Shown piece by piece: positions 38,870 to 53,463 of a stretch of DNA of 64,000 nt (positions are counted from its first letter, which is position 1; each line of letters starts with the position of its first letter). The position numbers and the translations under genes were made by a program. The notes under the pieces are model-generated. The model was given only the letters and a program-made list of their open reading frames with translations, searched no databases and was not told the DNA's origin. This DNA comes from Paramecium tetraurelia (lineage: Eukaryota): positions 1 to 64,000 of the forward strand of contig CT868032.1 of the NCBI GenBank assembly GCA_000165425.1, written 5' to 3'.

Positions 38870-41800
38870 ATGTTAAACGAATTAATCCAGCTATTTTGCA
38901 GCAATGGGACTCATTCCAGTGAGTTGTTTTACAATGCGACGTTGCAATTAAATGAATTCTTGGATAAGAAGGAGATAGTGCGCTGTTTTGCGAGAGTGTC
39001 AGAGAACCTTGGAGATCAATTGGTATAGGATATAGGTGGATAATTCATAGCCAAATCTGAGGAAGGCATCCCATCAGCTTTTTCAGGCGTATATTCGTGC
39101 AAATGAGAGTTTCGATGCTGTCCTATCGGCGATGCTAAGCAGAGGACTGGTGCATCCGAATGTAAGAATTTTTTGTTATATAATATAAGTGGTTGGTGAG
39201 ATAGAAGAATGTGAATTCGTTGCAGTCGTTGTTTTTGTCGGAGGGATAGCACTTGGAGGCAGGCAGCGGAGTGGTCAAGAATATGGTGGAGATGTTGTTA
39301 GAGAAGTTGTGTGATTGTAATTTAGCAGTTTGTAAGGCTACGGAATAGGTACTAGTGGTTTAATATTGATTAGACTCTGATATCCTTAATAAGTTTGAAT
39401 TAATATAAGCAATGTCATGCTCAGTTGCCTATGGGGGTTCAATCTCAAGTGGAGCATTTTGCAGAGCAGATGAAGGAAACCAATCAGATAAGACACGAGT
39501 TGAGATTGCGAGAGCCCACCTCCAATGGATTGCCATTTGACAAGTTGGAAGACTTGAAGGATACATAGTGGTAGATGAGAGCTGAGGCCATACAAAGAAT
39601 ATATGAGGAACTTTAAGATGTGGTCTTGACTCCATTGCAAGTGGAGGTCTTGTTTGAGCATATTGTAAATTTAGTGAATGATCATAACTTCAATATAGTG
39701 TTAACTACTCTATAGATTATGCAAAGATGTTTGTAGTTCAACATAGTGAAGAGTAGCAACATAGTTAATATATACACTAAGCTAGGGGATTCAAAGTCAG
39801 CAATCAGAACTGCTGTCAGATAAGTGTTGGTCATGTATTTGTAGAAAATTGGGGATGCTGAATTACTGATTCAAATCTTGTAATGGCCCAACAAGAATTC
39901 TTTCTACAAAGAAGAGTTCTTGGATCTCCTCATTGACTTGGTCCAAAGAAATAAGATGCTGGTAACCTGATTCCTCAATATGCAGCTTTCACAATACCTC
40001 GAGTTGGCCATCAAAGAAGTGGCTCCTTTCCTCGAGGACCAGAAACAGAAACTGCGTTCTAAAGCCATCGAAACCCTTACTCAGTTGGCCACAATCAATC
40101 AGCCTCTGACCAAGCGAGTGTTCTCACAACTCGGCATCACTGAAGATCTCTTCAACCAAATCGATGTCAGTACTGCCTCCTCCAACAAGTCCGATCTCCC
40201 CCAATTGCGATTCAAAAAAGAACAAAGGGAACAGAGAGACCCAAAGGAACAATACACTCAATCTTTGCCTGAACCCAAGAATCTGTAATAATTTGATATA
40301 CCCATCTTCCAATCACAATAACAAGGATACGTGCCCACCATCATCTCCCAACCCTAAAAACAACAAAGGAGTGCCCAAAAACCAGAATCTCACCCTCAAT
40401 CTTCCAGTGTCGAATTCAGACACGTTCAACAACAACAGGAGTACAACCAACCTCCAGCCACTCAACAAAGCAAACCCTTCAGAATAGTTAAAAATCCCCA
40501 ACAAGACATCCCAGATCAAGACACCGGTCTCACCTACACCAAACCCTTCCAAAGGAAACCCAAGACTGAAGCCGATAAAACATTCTAACCCATCTATTTG
40601 GATTCCGTCCTCCCTTTGGATCAACCTGAATCTGTCCTAAAGACCCTATTGAATGAACTCAGATACGACGATTGGATTAGATAGTTTGAAGCCCTCAACA
40701 ATCTAAGAAGGTTGGCCAAACACAATACTGAATTACTCAAAAAATCCATTAATTTTCCACAAATTCTGCAAGAAATGGTCAAACAAATCGAAAACCTAAG
40801 GAGTGGAGTCTCCAAAAATGCTTTGATTTCTCTCTAGGAACTTAGTGATATCTACAAGAAAGACTTAGATTGCATTATGGATCAAGCACTTCAGAAACTC
40901 ATCAAAAAGGCTATTGATCTCAACGCATTCATAAGCGATGAAGTCAGAAAAGCCACAATTTCATTACTGCAAAACTGTACCGAATCCAAATCTATATCTC
41001 TGATATCCCAAGTCTATCAAAGCAAATCCATCGCAATCAAAGTGAACATCTGCTATGCCTTGAATAATCTATTGGATCCCAATAAGCAACAGTTCGAAAA
41101 GATGCTGCAAATCCTTTGCATCTATGTTTGTGACCAAAGCCAAGAAGTGAGACAAGTCGCCAAAGAAGGATTGCTTAGTTTAATGAGTTAAATCGATAAA
41201 AGGGAACTAGAATCCCTGATTATCAAATTGGCACCTGATGGAGAATGCAAGCGTATAATGACAATCATAAACGGTGAATCTACCACCACTTCAGAATTTA
41301 GAAAATTTGGTGCTACATTAATAGAAGGAAGCCAGAACTACTGAACTCAGAAATAGGACACCCAATAACAAGAAATTGTCAGCTGATTTTGAATAAATGC
41401 CGAATTATATGAATCAGGCTGAAATAGCAAAGGATTGGAAGTAGAAGAAGGAGGCTATTGATTGGCTCTGCACTTTTGCAAAAAAAGAGGCTCAAGCTTT
41501 GAATGGCCATAAATATTCCAATAAGTTCTTGGATTTGTTGTGTAAACTTATAGATGATGGAAATAAAAACATAGCTCTGTATACCTGCGAATAGTTCATC
41601 CAATTAGTTGAACCACTTAAAGTATTCTAATTAATTACTATCATTTAGCTTCCTCTATAAAACAACTATGTTAACATATGGAATGGGGTCTTTAAAGTTG
41701 TCTCGTCGACAAATAACTCAGTAAGGTAATCAGCTGAATCACTATTTCACGAACTTATGATACATATTGACATTCAATATTCATTACCTTAAATCTAACA

Positions 41801-42058
41801 TCTCATATTGTATGGTCCAGCCAAATCTAAAGGCATAGCCATCACAATGTTAGCAAGTATTTTACATTATTATGTTAAGATTTTGTATAATAATTTTATG
41901 ATGAACGACCGTAATTAGTGGTGAAACACCTTGTACCTTTGGCTAAGAAGTTACAAGAGGAATAGAAACCAGACATTAAAATAGCTTCCTAGAAACTATT
42001 CTAAGCATTGGTCTCTACATGTCCAAACGATGTCGCTCATTTGAAGTTATTAAAATGA
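38870..42058 (+). CDS. TOG/HEAT-repeat microtubule-binding protein (crescerin/TOGARAM/CLASP-N-like)
   Basis: ENLGDQLPNLRK, KLGDSKSAIR, DDWIRQFEALNNLRRLA..ENLRSGVSKNAL..FISDEVRKA, KDWKQKKEAI; several tiny introns. Start codon is tentative. Confidence 0.82.
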
Positions 42059-42298
42059 ATATTATTATTTATTATAATTTTAGTTAATTTTACTCATTAG
42101 TTAATTCTTCAAGTAATGTTAATAACTATAAGATCTATTTAAAGGCTATAATAGAATATATATATAATGTAATAGTGATTTACTAATCATTCTTTTATTA
42201 AGTGACACTATAAAAAATTGAATGTTCAAAAAACTAAAAATACAAAGTGATTTTGAATTATATTATATTAATTTTTCATATATATTGAGAAACGGATA

Positions 42299-43473
42299 AT
42301 GAAAACATTTATGTTATTAGGATTGTTGTCCCTCACTTTTGCAGTGAGCATTAGTAATCAAGGCACCTTATCAAATCCAACATCAAGAGTGGAAAGAATA
42401 ATGAGCAAGTTTATGCAATTAAGTGAGATGAGCACACAATTTAACTTTAACAAACTTTTCGATGCCATAGATTAATTGAGTGCTTAATTAAAAGTACATT
42501 TGAGTAGTTTATACTGATAGCAATCAGAAGTAGATGAGAACAACCTTTTTGATGCAGACTTTGCTTAATATGTTGAGGATTAGGCCTTTTACACAGATTT
42601 AGTTACTTTCTACACAGCAGAAGTTGCATAACACACTGAGGATCTGAGATCATTGAACAACCATTTGGAATCATATCAATAATAATTGACATAGAGACAA
42701 GAGGAATTGGACAGAACTCAAAAGCAAAAAGCTTAATTGGAAGAGACCATCAGATAAAATGAAATCACCTACAACAAATAAATTAGTGATTTCAATACAG
42801 CAATAGATGTTTTAGACTAGGCCATTTAATTGTTGTCTGGTTTGAGAAGTACATTAAAGCAATATACATTTGATTAGATCCTGTGTTAATCCAAACCGAA
42901 TAAGATTAACTCAAGACCTTGGCTGGCAAATTCAGTTCAATCAATTTGAAGAATCACAGAGTATTGTACTAACCAATCATCGATATCTTCATGTAACTCT
43001 CATAAAATAAGTATGAACATCAATTAACATTAGCTTGGCCAATCAAGATCTCCTCAAGAAGGTGTTGGGTATGTTGAATGGACTCAGAAACTCATTAGAT
43101 GGAGGCAGAAATGCATTAACCAGCAATTACAATAGTGAAAGAGCCTCAAATTTGGAGTTGTTGGAGTCTTACACTAAGAAGATTGATGCACTAGTCAATG
43201 AAGTGATTCCAATGTTGTAAGATTTGATTGCCAATACAATTGGTATTTATTAACTTGATTGATTTTATAGAATAGATTAAAGTGAAGACCGAATTGTTGA
43301 ACAATGCCCAAGCCAATTTGGATGAAGCAAAAGAAACCTTGTAATTCATTGAAGATAGATGGGTGAAAAGAAAGGCTCAACATGCAGCATTGTTAGCAGA
43401 ATATGAGAAGGAGTAAGCACTAATTGCTTAGACGATAACTGTTTTACAAAGAGGTGGTGTAAGAAGATAATGA
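42299..43473 (+). CDS. Trichocyst matrix protein / granule lattice-like secreted coiled-coil precursor
   Basis: Signal peptide MKTFMLLGLLSLTFA followed by two acidic coiled-coil blocks around a basic linker; four tiny introns. Confidence 0.75.
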
Positions 43474-43491
43474 TTTAAATTTTATTTTATT

Positions 43492-43930
43492 TCACATCGG
43501 AGGCATACTCATTCCTGCAGGCATCATAGTTTATTACCCAGGCAAACCCATTCCCTTTGGCTAAGAAATTAAACCAATATTTGGTGCTCCTGTCACTCCC
43601 TGTCTTGTTATTGGTTGGGCTTTTCCTGGTCCTGGTTGTAATTCTTGTTTCTTTGGAGGTTGATGAGGAGGGGCTTCAGCTGACAATGATATTATATTAT
43701 CGCCTCTCACAATGATCATTCCCAAAGTTCTTTTGGTTTCGATTTCGTGGATTCCTACCTTAAAATTAACTTCTACCTTGCTTTCTTATTCTGTATTCTT
43801 CGCATTCACTCAGAATCACATTCAAATGTTTGTCAAATGCTAAAAAGGTTCCAACCAACATACGTCCGTCACCCAAAGTAATACGAACTCTGTAATCAAT
43901 CCACTAAAAAAACTTGCTTTTCTAAGACAT
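43492..43930 (-). CDS. SNRPB: Spliceosomal Sm protein B
   Basis: [61 protein letters not shown] plus G/P/M-rich tail; one 22-nt intron. Confidence 0.95.
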
Positions 43931-43998
43931 ATTTTAATATTTTAATAAATATATTACAAATTTCAACATTTAATAATTTCAATTTAATTAAACCTAAA

Positions 43999-44676
43999 TC
44001 ACCGCTTAAAACAAAAGTTTCTAATCTCCTGAAATGCATATCTGTCTGGCTCCTAAAACATCTGTTGCACCGTCTATTGGGCAGTCTTCTTAACATTCGG
44101 AGTAGACTGATTCTAAGAATTCTCCCTTTAACTAACAGTCTGCACTCCAATTGAACTTGTTTGTTTTGGCTTAGGAATCTGACTAATCAGAAACATCAAC
44201 CCCGCATTAATCTACTCCAACATCTCCTAATCCTTCTCCCTTTGGTTTAGTAAATAATCCATCTTCTATTTCAATTCAGTCTAAATGAATAAACTAAATG
44301 AAATACCAATTCACTTGAATCTTGGGATTGATTTTATTAAGTCTTCAATTGAGATTCTTTGGCAGGTTTATCTGTCCTTACAATAAAGTCACTCAAATTC
44401 TCAGAAATACTTGAGTGCTTTGATTATTCTCTTTACAAACTGAATTCATTGGAATTACCGAAATTGTTTAACTAAGGTTTCTCTTTTTAGGTCTCTCTGA
44501 ATTCATTCCACTGATCTGATTCACTAATTCTAGTAGTTTTCATCATTCCATTATTGGTTCGATTTGTCTTTACTAGACACTTATAATCATCACCTCTTAC
44601 TTTTCTGTTGCAAGGCAGAAATCAAATTGATGATCTAATCCTCATTATAATTATCTTATTCCTCATCAGAACTCAT
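43999..44676 (-). CDS. Hypothetical protein (MSSDEEQDNYNEDQIINLISALQQK..)
   Basis: Table-6 frame with tiny introns ending ..RNFCFKR-TGA. Confidence 0.6.
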
Positions 44677-44726
44677 CTGTATGTCGTTAAAAATATAAAT
44701 TAAATTATAAATAATATATTAACAGC

Positions 44727-46547
44727 TCATTCCCAATAATCCTGAGATTTATAAAATATTGTCTCCCCTCCATAACCACCCACAATTATCTATTAATTAT
44801 TGTTGCTTATCGAAATCTAACTAATCATATAATTCTACTGGAATTCCCTGTGAATCACCCATCTATTAGACATGTTCTACCTCCAAAACTTGATGGTGCA
44901 ATCCTTACTCCCAGTGACCAAAATAGATGAGTCCGAATTAAATATCACCGAAGTAATAGAAGCTTTGTGACCATCCAAAGTCTAGACCTTTTTATACTAT
45001 TGATTCTACTCCATTTCCCACACTTTAACAAAGCAATCCTAACTACCAGAAACTAAAATATCTCTCAATTTGCTAAAACATAAGGTTGTGATACTCCCCT
45101 TATGTCCCTTCAGTATTTAATTTTGGCTCCATTCCTAATTCCTAAAGTTCCATAACACTATCATCTGATCGAACCCCCCACTTACAATAACATTAGAGTT
45201 TCTATTAAATTGAACCGCTTAAATTCCAGACTAGTGACCCAATAGTGTGTACTTTACTTCCCAATTGATTTAATCTGCCTTTTCAACCCAAAGCTTGGCT
45301 GTGCAATCATCACTTACAGAAACCATTCGTCTATTCTTAGCATCCACTTGAATACAATTCACTCCCCTCTAATGTCTCTATGCCTAAGTAATTGGTCTCC
45401 ATTTTGGATCATCTCTCAACCAATACACTATTTCTCCATTTTCACATCCAGCAAAAAATGAACACTTCTCATCAGAAATACACATGCATTAAATTTGATC
45501 AACCTGCTTTAATTAACTTTAGAATTGCCATTTATTTTTATTTTCATTCACCTTCCACAAAATTAATTATTCCTGACACACAGTTGACAATGCTATTTCT
45601 CCATCATAAGATATCAGAACGCTTTAAGCCATCTCTTTCCTAAAATGTTTCAAATGTACATTCACTAATTGATATTCATACAATTTTAGTAATTTCGGAG
45701 TGAACTTTCTATATAAGTCCTAGCAAAACGAATTCAAATTGAAATTCAATACACTTACTTGTTCTTATTACTTTTTCAACTTATCCACGAGATGCTGCTC
45801 ACTCTACTTCCACTTCTCAGTATTGCTTTTCTCACTTGCCGCCTGTATTTAGGCTTGAGTCTTTTACTCTTCGATGGTGCCCTATTCCTTCTTCAACTTA
45901 GCCAACTCTTGATCAAGTTTAAACAATTTCAAGTCCTTCTTGTCTATTGCCACTTCGTATCTCTCTATCATGCATTCATATTTCACTAGCATCTCTGATA
46001 TATTCTTATCAATCCCCTTTGCCTGAAGCACCTTATTGATTGCACTACGAATGACCTTCCTCTGCCTTGGCTTCTTATCTATTTTCCCCTAGTAGAATTT
46101 CAGACTTTTCATAATGGCAGTTTTGAATTCGTTCATTTCCTTGTAGTAGTCATCATGAACCCTTCTCAATTCCATCAATTCCTCTCTGTTTTTGAACTGT
46201 CTAACGAATTAATTTAAGTCCTCCATGAATTGTTCGTATTTCTTTATTGTCACTTCTGTGCAGTGTTGTTAAGAACTCAATAATTGGTTTTGCTACTCCA
46301 AGTTTTTATCCAAGGTCTAAGTGACTAAGGACTGTCTTTACTACATGAGCTTCGCAATCAACTCGAATTGCTCTTTAATTTTATCACTACTATATTTGAT
46401 ATACTCCTGTGTCATAATATCTAATTAATTCGCCTGATTCTTTCCCTCATTTTAAGTTAACCATAAAAATTAAATTTATTATTGGAATTTATCGATCCAT
46501 TTTGAATAGTTCCCCTAATGATACTCCCCTGTTGTTGAGCCTTCCAT
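44727..46547 (-). CDS. Coiled-coil plus WD40-repeat protein
   Basis: N-terminal heptads, then WD repeats (GHKGSITTLCFSKLRDILVSGSQDCFVKVW; GHKASITSVIFNSDSSILVTGSKDCTIKFW). Confidence 0.85.
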
Positions 46548-47086
46548 ACTTTAATTATATCAGAACAATTATTTATTTTAATTAATTTAAAATTCATCTA
46601 TTCATTCCCACATCGTATCATTTATATTTGGTCCTCATAAATACAATATTAATCCTCCCTTTCTACTAATTTTTGCATTTTTTTTTTTTAAAAGAGGGAA
46701 GCCAAAATATTGAATGCATTGAAAAATCAAACACCTTTTGGCGATATTTAAAATGATTTATTTCTTAATAATGAAAACCAATACCATATTGGATTCTCAT
46801 TTTTATTATAAAAAGTACATAATTAATATCAATATAAAGCCAATTCATTTTAAACTTCCTTAATGATAATTATAAAATTTATATAATAAAACTTTAAGAT
46901 AATCGATTATTTAAAAATCATCGTTATATTAGAATATATAATAAATTGATAGTTTTTTGAAATTATCAATCTAAGTTCATTATCATTTCATACTTATATG
47001 GATATGATAATCTATTGTATGAACTTTAACAATAATTTGCGAATCAATCCTTTTTTAAATATTATAAATACAAAAATTTTATTACT

Positions 47087-50000
47087 TCAGATTTAATTCA
47101 ACTAGATTTTAATCTTTTTCACTTATTTAGCAATTAATTTGATCAAAATACAAATTAAAGTAATTATAATTATTATTATTTGAAAGAAACTCTTAGGTTC
47201 TTTACCATTATTAAATTAAATTTCTATTAAAATTTCTGATACTTAATTACTCAACTTTAAGTGAGCAGGTTTAGAACATTATCCTTAACATTCAACCCTT
47301 AATTTACCAAGTGTGATTAAATGGACCTTCTACTAATCTTTTGCGATCTTCTCAATCATTACAAAATGAGTTTTATTGTATCTTTCTATTGCTGTATAAT
47401 TATTAAATGGTAGCTTTTAGGTACTATCAATATTGTTGTGCTCAAACGGATGGCTAATATCAAATACGTTAATAAACAATTATTCATTGCATTCAAAACT
47501 TAGAACTGCATAATTATTATCAATGAAGAGCATCTTAGTAAATGCAGCTCCCTATTAAAATCTTAATATCCCTAATTATTCTACCTTAGTATTATTTTAA
47601 TCATCTAGATTAAATGTAAACTTGATTAAAAAGGCGAATTAAGAATTCGTAATAACGATGAACCTAACTTCTGTTTGACTGTTAATTGTATTCACCCAGT
47701 AGATTTAAGTCTTGATAAGTTTGATCAAAAGATATTATGTCTAAATATTAGCAAGCAAGTCTTCCCAATTAAATATTTTATGATAAAGGATATCATAGTT
47801 AACCTTCTCATCGCCTTTTGTAAAATTTATAATCCTTATTTCAAAATAGTTAAACTCAATATTCAAAAACAAATAAATGGAATTATTGAGTTTGATAGCA
47901 TCAAGTTACTAACTTTGGAGGGTATTCGTTAACCTTCTATCTTAAAGAGGATAATATTAATAAGCGAGATATAGGACTCTATTTTCTGATTTATATATCA
48001 GCAAATCATTTATTTACCTGATATCTTCATAATTCAAGAATGAATCCATGTCATCAGTTCTAATTTTATAATTCTTTTCTAATTTAGTATTGTTATTGCA
48101 AAGATTGAACTCATTTACTTTAATAAAGTTGTGTCCCTGTATATAGATGGCATGATTACAAGTATCTGGATTATGTCCAATTCCAATTAAGGTGAATGCC
48201 ATATTCTCGTATTCTAGTGGAGCAGATGTATTTAAATCAAAAACATTTGTTTAAATACATGTTGGTCTGACACAGAGACCAAATCGATAAACAAAGCAAT
48301 TTATTGAATTATTTGTAAAAGTTAATGGTAGGTGAACTTAATAATCTTCTGGTCCATTAATCTATGTATCATCTATATTACCAAAAATATTCTTCAAATT
48401 AACAATATTATTAGGGAGAAGACTTTATTACTAATTTAATAATTATAATTTGTAGTTTTCGTTGAATCTAATGAGATGAAAGTCTAAATCGATACTTAGA
48501 TTGCTAATCCAAGATTAGGTGGTAATTTTGGTCTTCTTATCCTAGATGAAGTTATAACTTTCATCAGACATATTTAAGGTAAAACATGGGGAATCTAAAT
48601 TTTGAATCCTCAATTATCCCTGATATTAGTAAATGTACTCAGTTTCATTGACAAAATTAAAAGATAGTTTTTCCTCTCGATCAATTTCTGTAATTTTCAC
48701 CAAGGATTCTACAGCTGTGTATCTTAAATCATATATCAATATTACAAAATCTTAATCAGAACTCTATGCTTTTATCATTAGAATGAAAGTCAAAATATGA
48801 TATTAAAATGGATATAAAATTCGAAAATTATATGTAGGGAGTGTGTATAGATAAAGAAATTCTTCTTATTAGATTTAATATAATTTGAGATGGTATTCAT
48901 TATCATGAAAAGTAAACATCAAAATATAATTATGATGTACATTTCTAACTTCATAAATCTATTCTTTTAGGGTTATAATCTATTTATATTACAGTTTATA
49001 TTTGTAATGTATAGAATGCTTGTCAATATATAAGTCCTCCTTTTAAAATTGAAGAGAAGTTTTACAATCAAATCGATACTATTTACTACCTAACAAAAAC
49101 CAATTCTGAAAAAATTGAATCGACATTACACTACAATCTTCAATTAGATAATTCACAAAGTATTTTAATTAAATTGCTGATATTATCCTTAAAGCACTAC
49201 TTCTTATATTCTTCACTACTTAACTATCTGATATTTTGTAAATTTCTATTTAATATTCATAGATTATTATTAAATGCATGAAGTCTCTTAGAAAAAATAT
49301 TTTGATTACATTATCAAGTAATTTAAGTAAGTGTTTATTTTATAGTCCGCTATTTGAATATTAAATCAATTTGATATATTTGTCCTCTATTTTCTATATT
49401 ATAAGTATTTAATCATTGTTGGTTTTATGCAAAAAAAGAACCTTCCCAGCTGATACGATATGATCGATATAAGATAGAAATTATGCATTTTAATTATCTA
49501 GAATTGTAGATTGTTTTCCATTCTCTACTATCTAAGTTAACTTGAGAGGGAGTGTTCTTTTATACCTCTAGTATGATAGACATAGATAATAGTTGGAGTT
49601 GGTTATTAATTGATATAATTTTGTTTGATCAAAGTCTTGAATTGGATTGTTTGGATCACCTAGTTTAAAATTAATCAATTTATTAGGAGTAGATAGTAAT
49701 GTAGCATGTATAAGTTACACTGTGTCAGAGTTGTTATAAGAAATTACAGATTTTGGTAAGATTATTTTAATTAATTTTAACTTTTAGTTAGAGATAGCCA
49801 TCAAATAAGGTAATTAATCAATTTAAATTATGCTATTTGAATTTAAGTATATGACATTGGAGGACCAGCTATCAACTTGAGCAATTAACTTATTTTTGAA
49901 GTGATATACAATAAAGTTTTGTTTTATAATAAATATATCCAAGAAATCCTAGCTACTCAAATCTAATTAATTATCATTCAAAAAGAGTTATTAAGTGTCT

Positions 50001-50870
50001 GTCTTTACTTTAGCAATTAAAGCTTGTTTTTAATTGGCGAAAAACAAAAATCTCTTAATTTCAAATCCAGAATTCTAATTGAAAATTGATATTTCCCTAT
50101 TTTCGAGAAGTAGGTGAAGTATTTAATTGGTATAAGTTATGTATAAATTGCCTTAGATAATGAATGTAATATCAACAAGTTTTGCATTATTTTCAGTAAA
50201 TCCTTGTAAATCCATTAAATCAAATAACTCAATATTCTGAAATGATTAATTTAGTATTTACACTGAATAAAATTTAGTTGTTTAACATTATTTATTAAAT
50301 ATTATTAATGTCTATTAATAAAATGTTGAATCCGACTTGCAAAATGGTTAAATAGGAATCATAATTTCATCAAGTATTTTTGATTAATTAACAATTTAAA
50401 TAATAGAATTGTTTTCATTATATTGACATTAAACTATGTAAATAGATGTTTCCAATTAGTGTAATTAATAGCATTAAGGGTGGATTAACAATATTTGACA
50501 TTCTTTTTTTTCCATAATTATTTCACCATTCTACAAGCAATTCTTAACTTGATATAAACAGTCAATGCTCTTATTACTTAATAACATCACATCTATATTG
50601 TCCCCCTAAGTAAACTTAAATATTCTTTCATCTCCACTTAATTCGATAGACAACTAATCTTCTAATGTTATCTCTTTTAGTATTTCAAGATTTAAGTTCT
50701 CAATATTCTTTTCATCAAAATTCTCTTTGTTAACATCAATTTAATAAGCCATATAATTTATATATATATTCTCATCAGGATATATCCAAGTGGTTGTCTA
50801 AAATAACTAAATTTTTTACTGATGTACAAAAAGTGACTCTAACTAGCAACCATATTTTCAAGTACATGCT
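47087..50870 (-). CDS. Large single-pass transmembrane protein of a ciliate-expanded family; start uncertain
   Basis: About 1250-codon nearly continuous table-6 frame (e.g. YLYTLPTYNFRILYPFQYHI) ending in a TM helix FFQIIIIIITLICILIKLIA and a short basic tail. Confidence 0.7.
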
Positions 50871-51891
50871 TATGCAAATATACTTCATTAGCTCCAATAT
50901 ATATCAAATTTATTAATAATTTAATAGCTTACAATTAGTTTAATTTTTTTTATAATTGGCATTGCACCTTCATTAGATTAATATCAGAATCAATAATTTA
51001 AGTAAAAATACGAAAACAAGAAATAATTCATTTTCTATTAATAAAATATATTAATGATAGCAGAAATTCTATTGGTATTTTTGCTGAAATTTTGCTGAAA
51101 TTTTGCTTGAATTTGTAAGCTAATAAAATTATAATGCATTTATAGATAAATTATTACAACTTTTTTGGTATTAAATCCTATAATGCCTCTCACTTAGAAG
51201 TTGCTTTAAATATAAAAGGCTAATAAGTATCCAAAAACAAATTAAAATTTACAACTTTAAAAAAAAAATCTTTTATCATTTTTTTTTGATTTTGATTAAA
51301 ATTGAAAATTTTTAATTATGTTAAGGTTTTTCAATATGAGGTTATTTATTATCTAAATACAGATTGAATCGAGTGAGAAGAGGAGTAAAACTAATTATCA
51401 TGAATTCATGCTATAATCATGGTGATACTGAATTTAAAGGATAAGATAACTTACATAAGCTTATGTCGATCAATTCTTATGCTATTTAAAGATATATATG
51501 ATAAAATAGGAAAAAATTAGCTAGTATCCATTTTAATCCAACTATTAGGATAAGTAACAACTTAGTTATCTCTAAAGTTGATATATGATTTATAATTATA
51601 TATATATAGAATTTGATTTGTTTCTACTCTAATTAAGGCAGTTTAAATTTGTTGAAAACTTAAATATCAAAAATTCTTATTGAAATTCTTAACTATTATA
51701 ACATTCATAGAGTAACTCAAAAAAGAAATACACTATAAAATGTAATTCGAAAGTGAAAGAGGTGTTAAGAATTACAAATGCAAAAATTCTATAATTTTAC
51801 TATTCCATTTTTAATATGCACTAATATTTGGAATTGAACTTCTTTAGTGAGAGGGAAGGATGAAAATAAAGAATAAATGGCTTAAAATGTA

Positions 51892-52394
51892 TCAATCTAA
51901 TAATTCAATATTCTTGACAGCATTAATTATGACTTACTTGGAGGTTTCAATAATTTCTCCACCGATAATCATCTCATCGAAAATTGAATATGCCTGAAAT
52001 AAAGATTGCTGTTACTTTGTTGAAATTGAAGACGATATCCAATTCACAGACATTTCCAAAGTATTTGTCAAGGACTTCAACATAAAGGTGTATTAATTCA
52101 AGCATGGTGAGTTCATTGTCTGAGACATCAACGCACAAAGCAAAAAACAAGCCAGCATAACGTTTGTAAATGATCTTATAATTCCTGAACTATGGCAATG
52201 AATGGAGTAGTGTACTTCAAGGAAATTGGTGTGTTTGGTGTCTCTGCAGACAATCAATCGATGGACCTCATTTTGCAGTTTGATTTTTTCGGCATCATCG
52301 TAATAGACATACCACTTGGACAATCTGGTTTTGCCCTATCTATTCTAAAGTAAGATGAATCTGATCTATGCATAATATTGCAGAATAGTACCAT
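51892..52394 (-). CDS. AP2S1: AP-2 adaptor complex sigma subunit
   Basis: [60 protein letters not shown]; three introns, the first directly after ATG. Confidence 0.93.
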
Positions 52395-52441
52395 TAGATT
52401 AAAATACACTAATGAATAAATAATTAATATATAAATTAGAG

Positions 52442-53463
52442 TCATTTTGTGATCCAAGGATGATTCAATATTTGAGTGATTGAAGGTCTCTTGTTGCAAT
52501 CATGCTAGAGAATTCCTTTCACAAAATTCTGAAAGTCTTTGCTGCACCAATTGGGAAATTGGAATATCAAATTCAAAATCCTCTTTTTTGTATCTTACTC
52601 GTTGCGAGACTCAAAGGGAGGTCTGCCTAAAAGACGATTAGAAAGAGATGATACCTACTACCAATTCATAAGCCAACACACCAAGAGTCCACACATCCAC
52701 TCGATTGTCATGAGTCTAGTAATTGATCATCTCAGGACATAAATAATCTAGAGTACCACATAACGTTCTCCTTTTATTTGAAGGAGTGTGTACACTCCAT
52801 CCGAAATCAGAGATCTTGAAGATGTCATTATGAAAACAGAGGATGTTCTCTGGTTTCAAATCTCTATGGATCACATTCATCGAATGCATATATCCAATTG
52901 CCATTGTGATTTACTTAATGATTGTGGATGCCATTTCTTCGCTAAACCTTCTGTTGGTCTGCTTCTTCATCAGCCCATAAAGATCCCCCAAAGGAGCCCA
53001 TTCCAACATCAAATACACTCTCTTCTCAGTCTAAAAAAAACCATAAAATCCAATTATATTTGGATGTCTCAGATGACTGAGAATTTCCACTTCTCTGGTC
53101 AATGAACCTGTTAATTGACACAAAATTAGTTGTCTCTTACTGATTACCTTCAGAGCCAATATGAATTTATTCTCACGCTCCCTAATTGGATATAAACTAA
53201 AGTGAATACCTCGCCAAATATACATGTCCAAATTTACCATTACCCAAATAACGACCCATTTCAAACCTACTTAAACTCCATTCGCGAGGATCAAATTCTT
53301 TTGACTACTCCTTATTCATATCTTCCTCCTCACTATAATTATTCCGCGTTTCTTCCTCCAAAACTTCCTCCACTGTTTGTTTCTTCTCTAAACAATCATA
53401 ACCTCTAGTGTTTTCTTAACTATTTGTTATATTTGACAGCAAAGAATTTGCATTATGCCACAT
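52442..53463 (-). CDS. Aurora-like Ser/Thr kinase
   Basis: [77 protein letters not shown]. Confidence 0.93.

Noticed and set aside
44676..44760. Possible read-through fusion of the WD40 gene into the next gene
   Set aside because: The open frame crossing the gap is not the WD40 frame, which stops at TGA 44727-44729.
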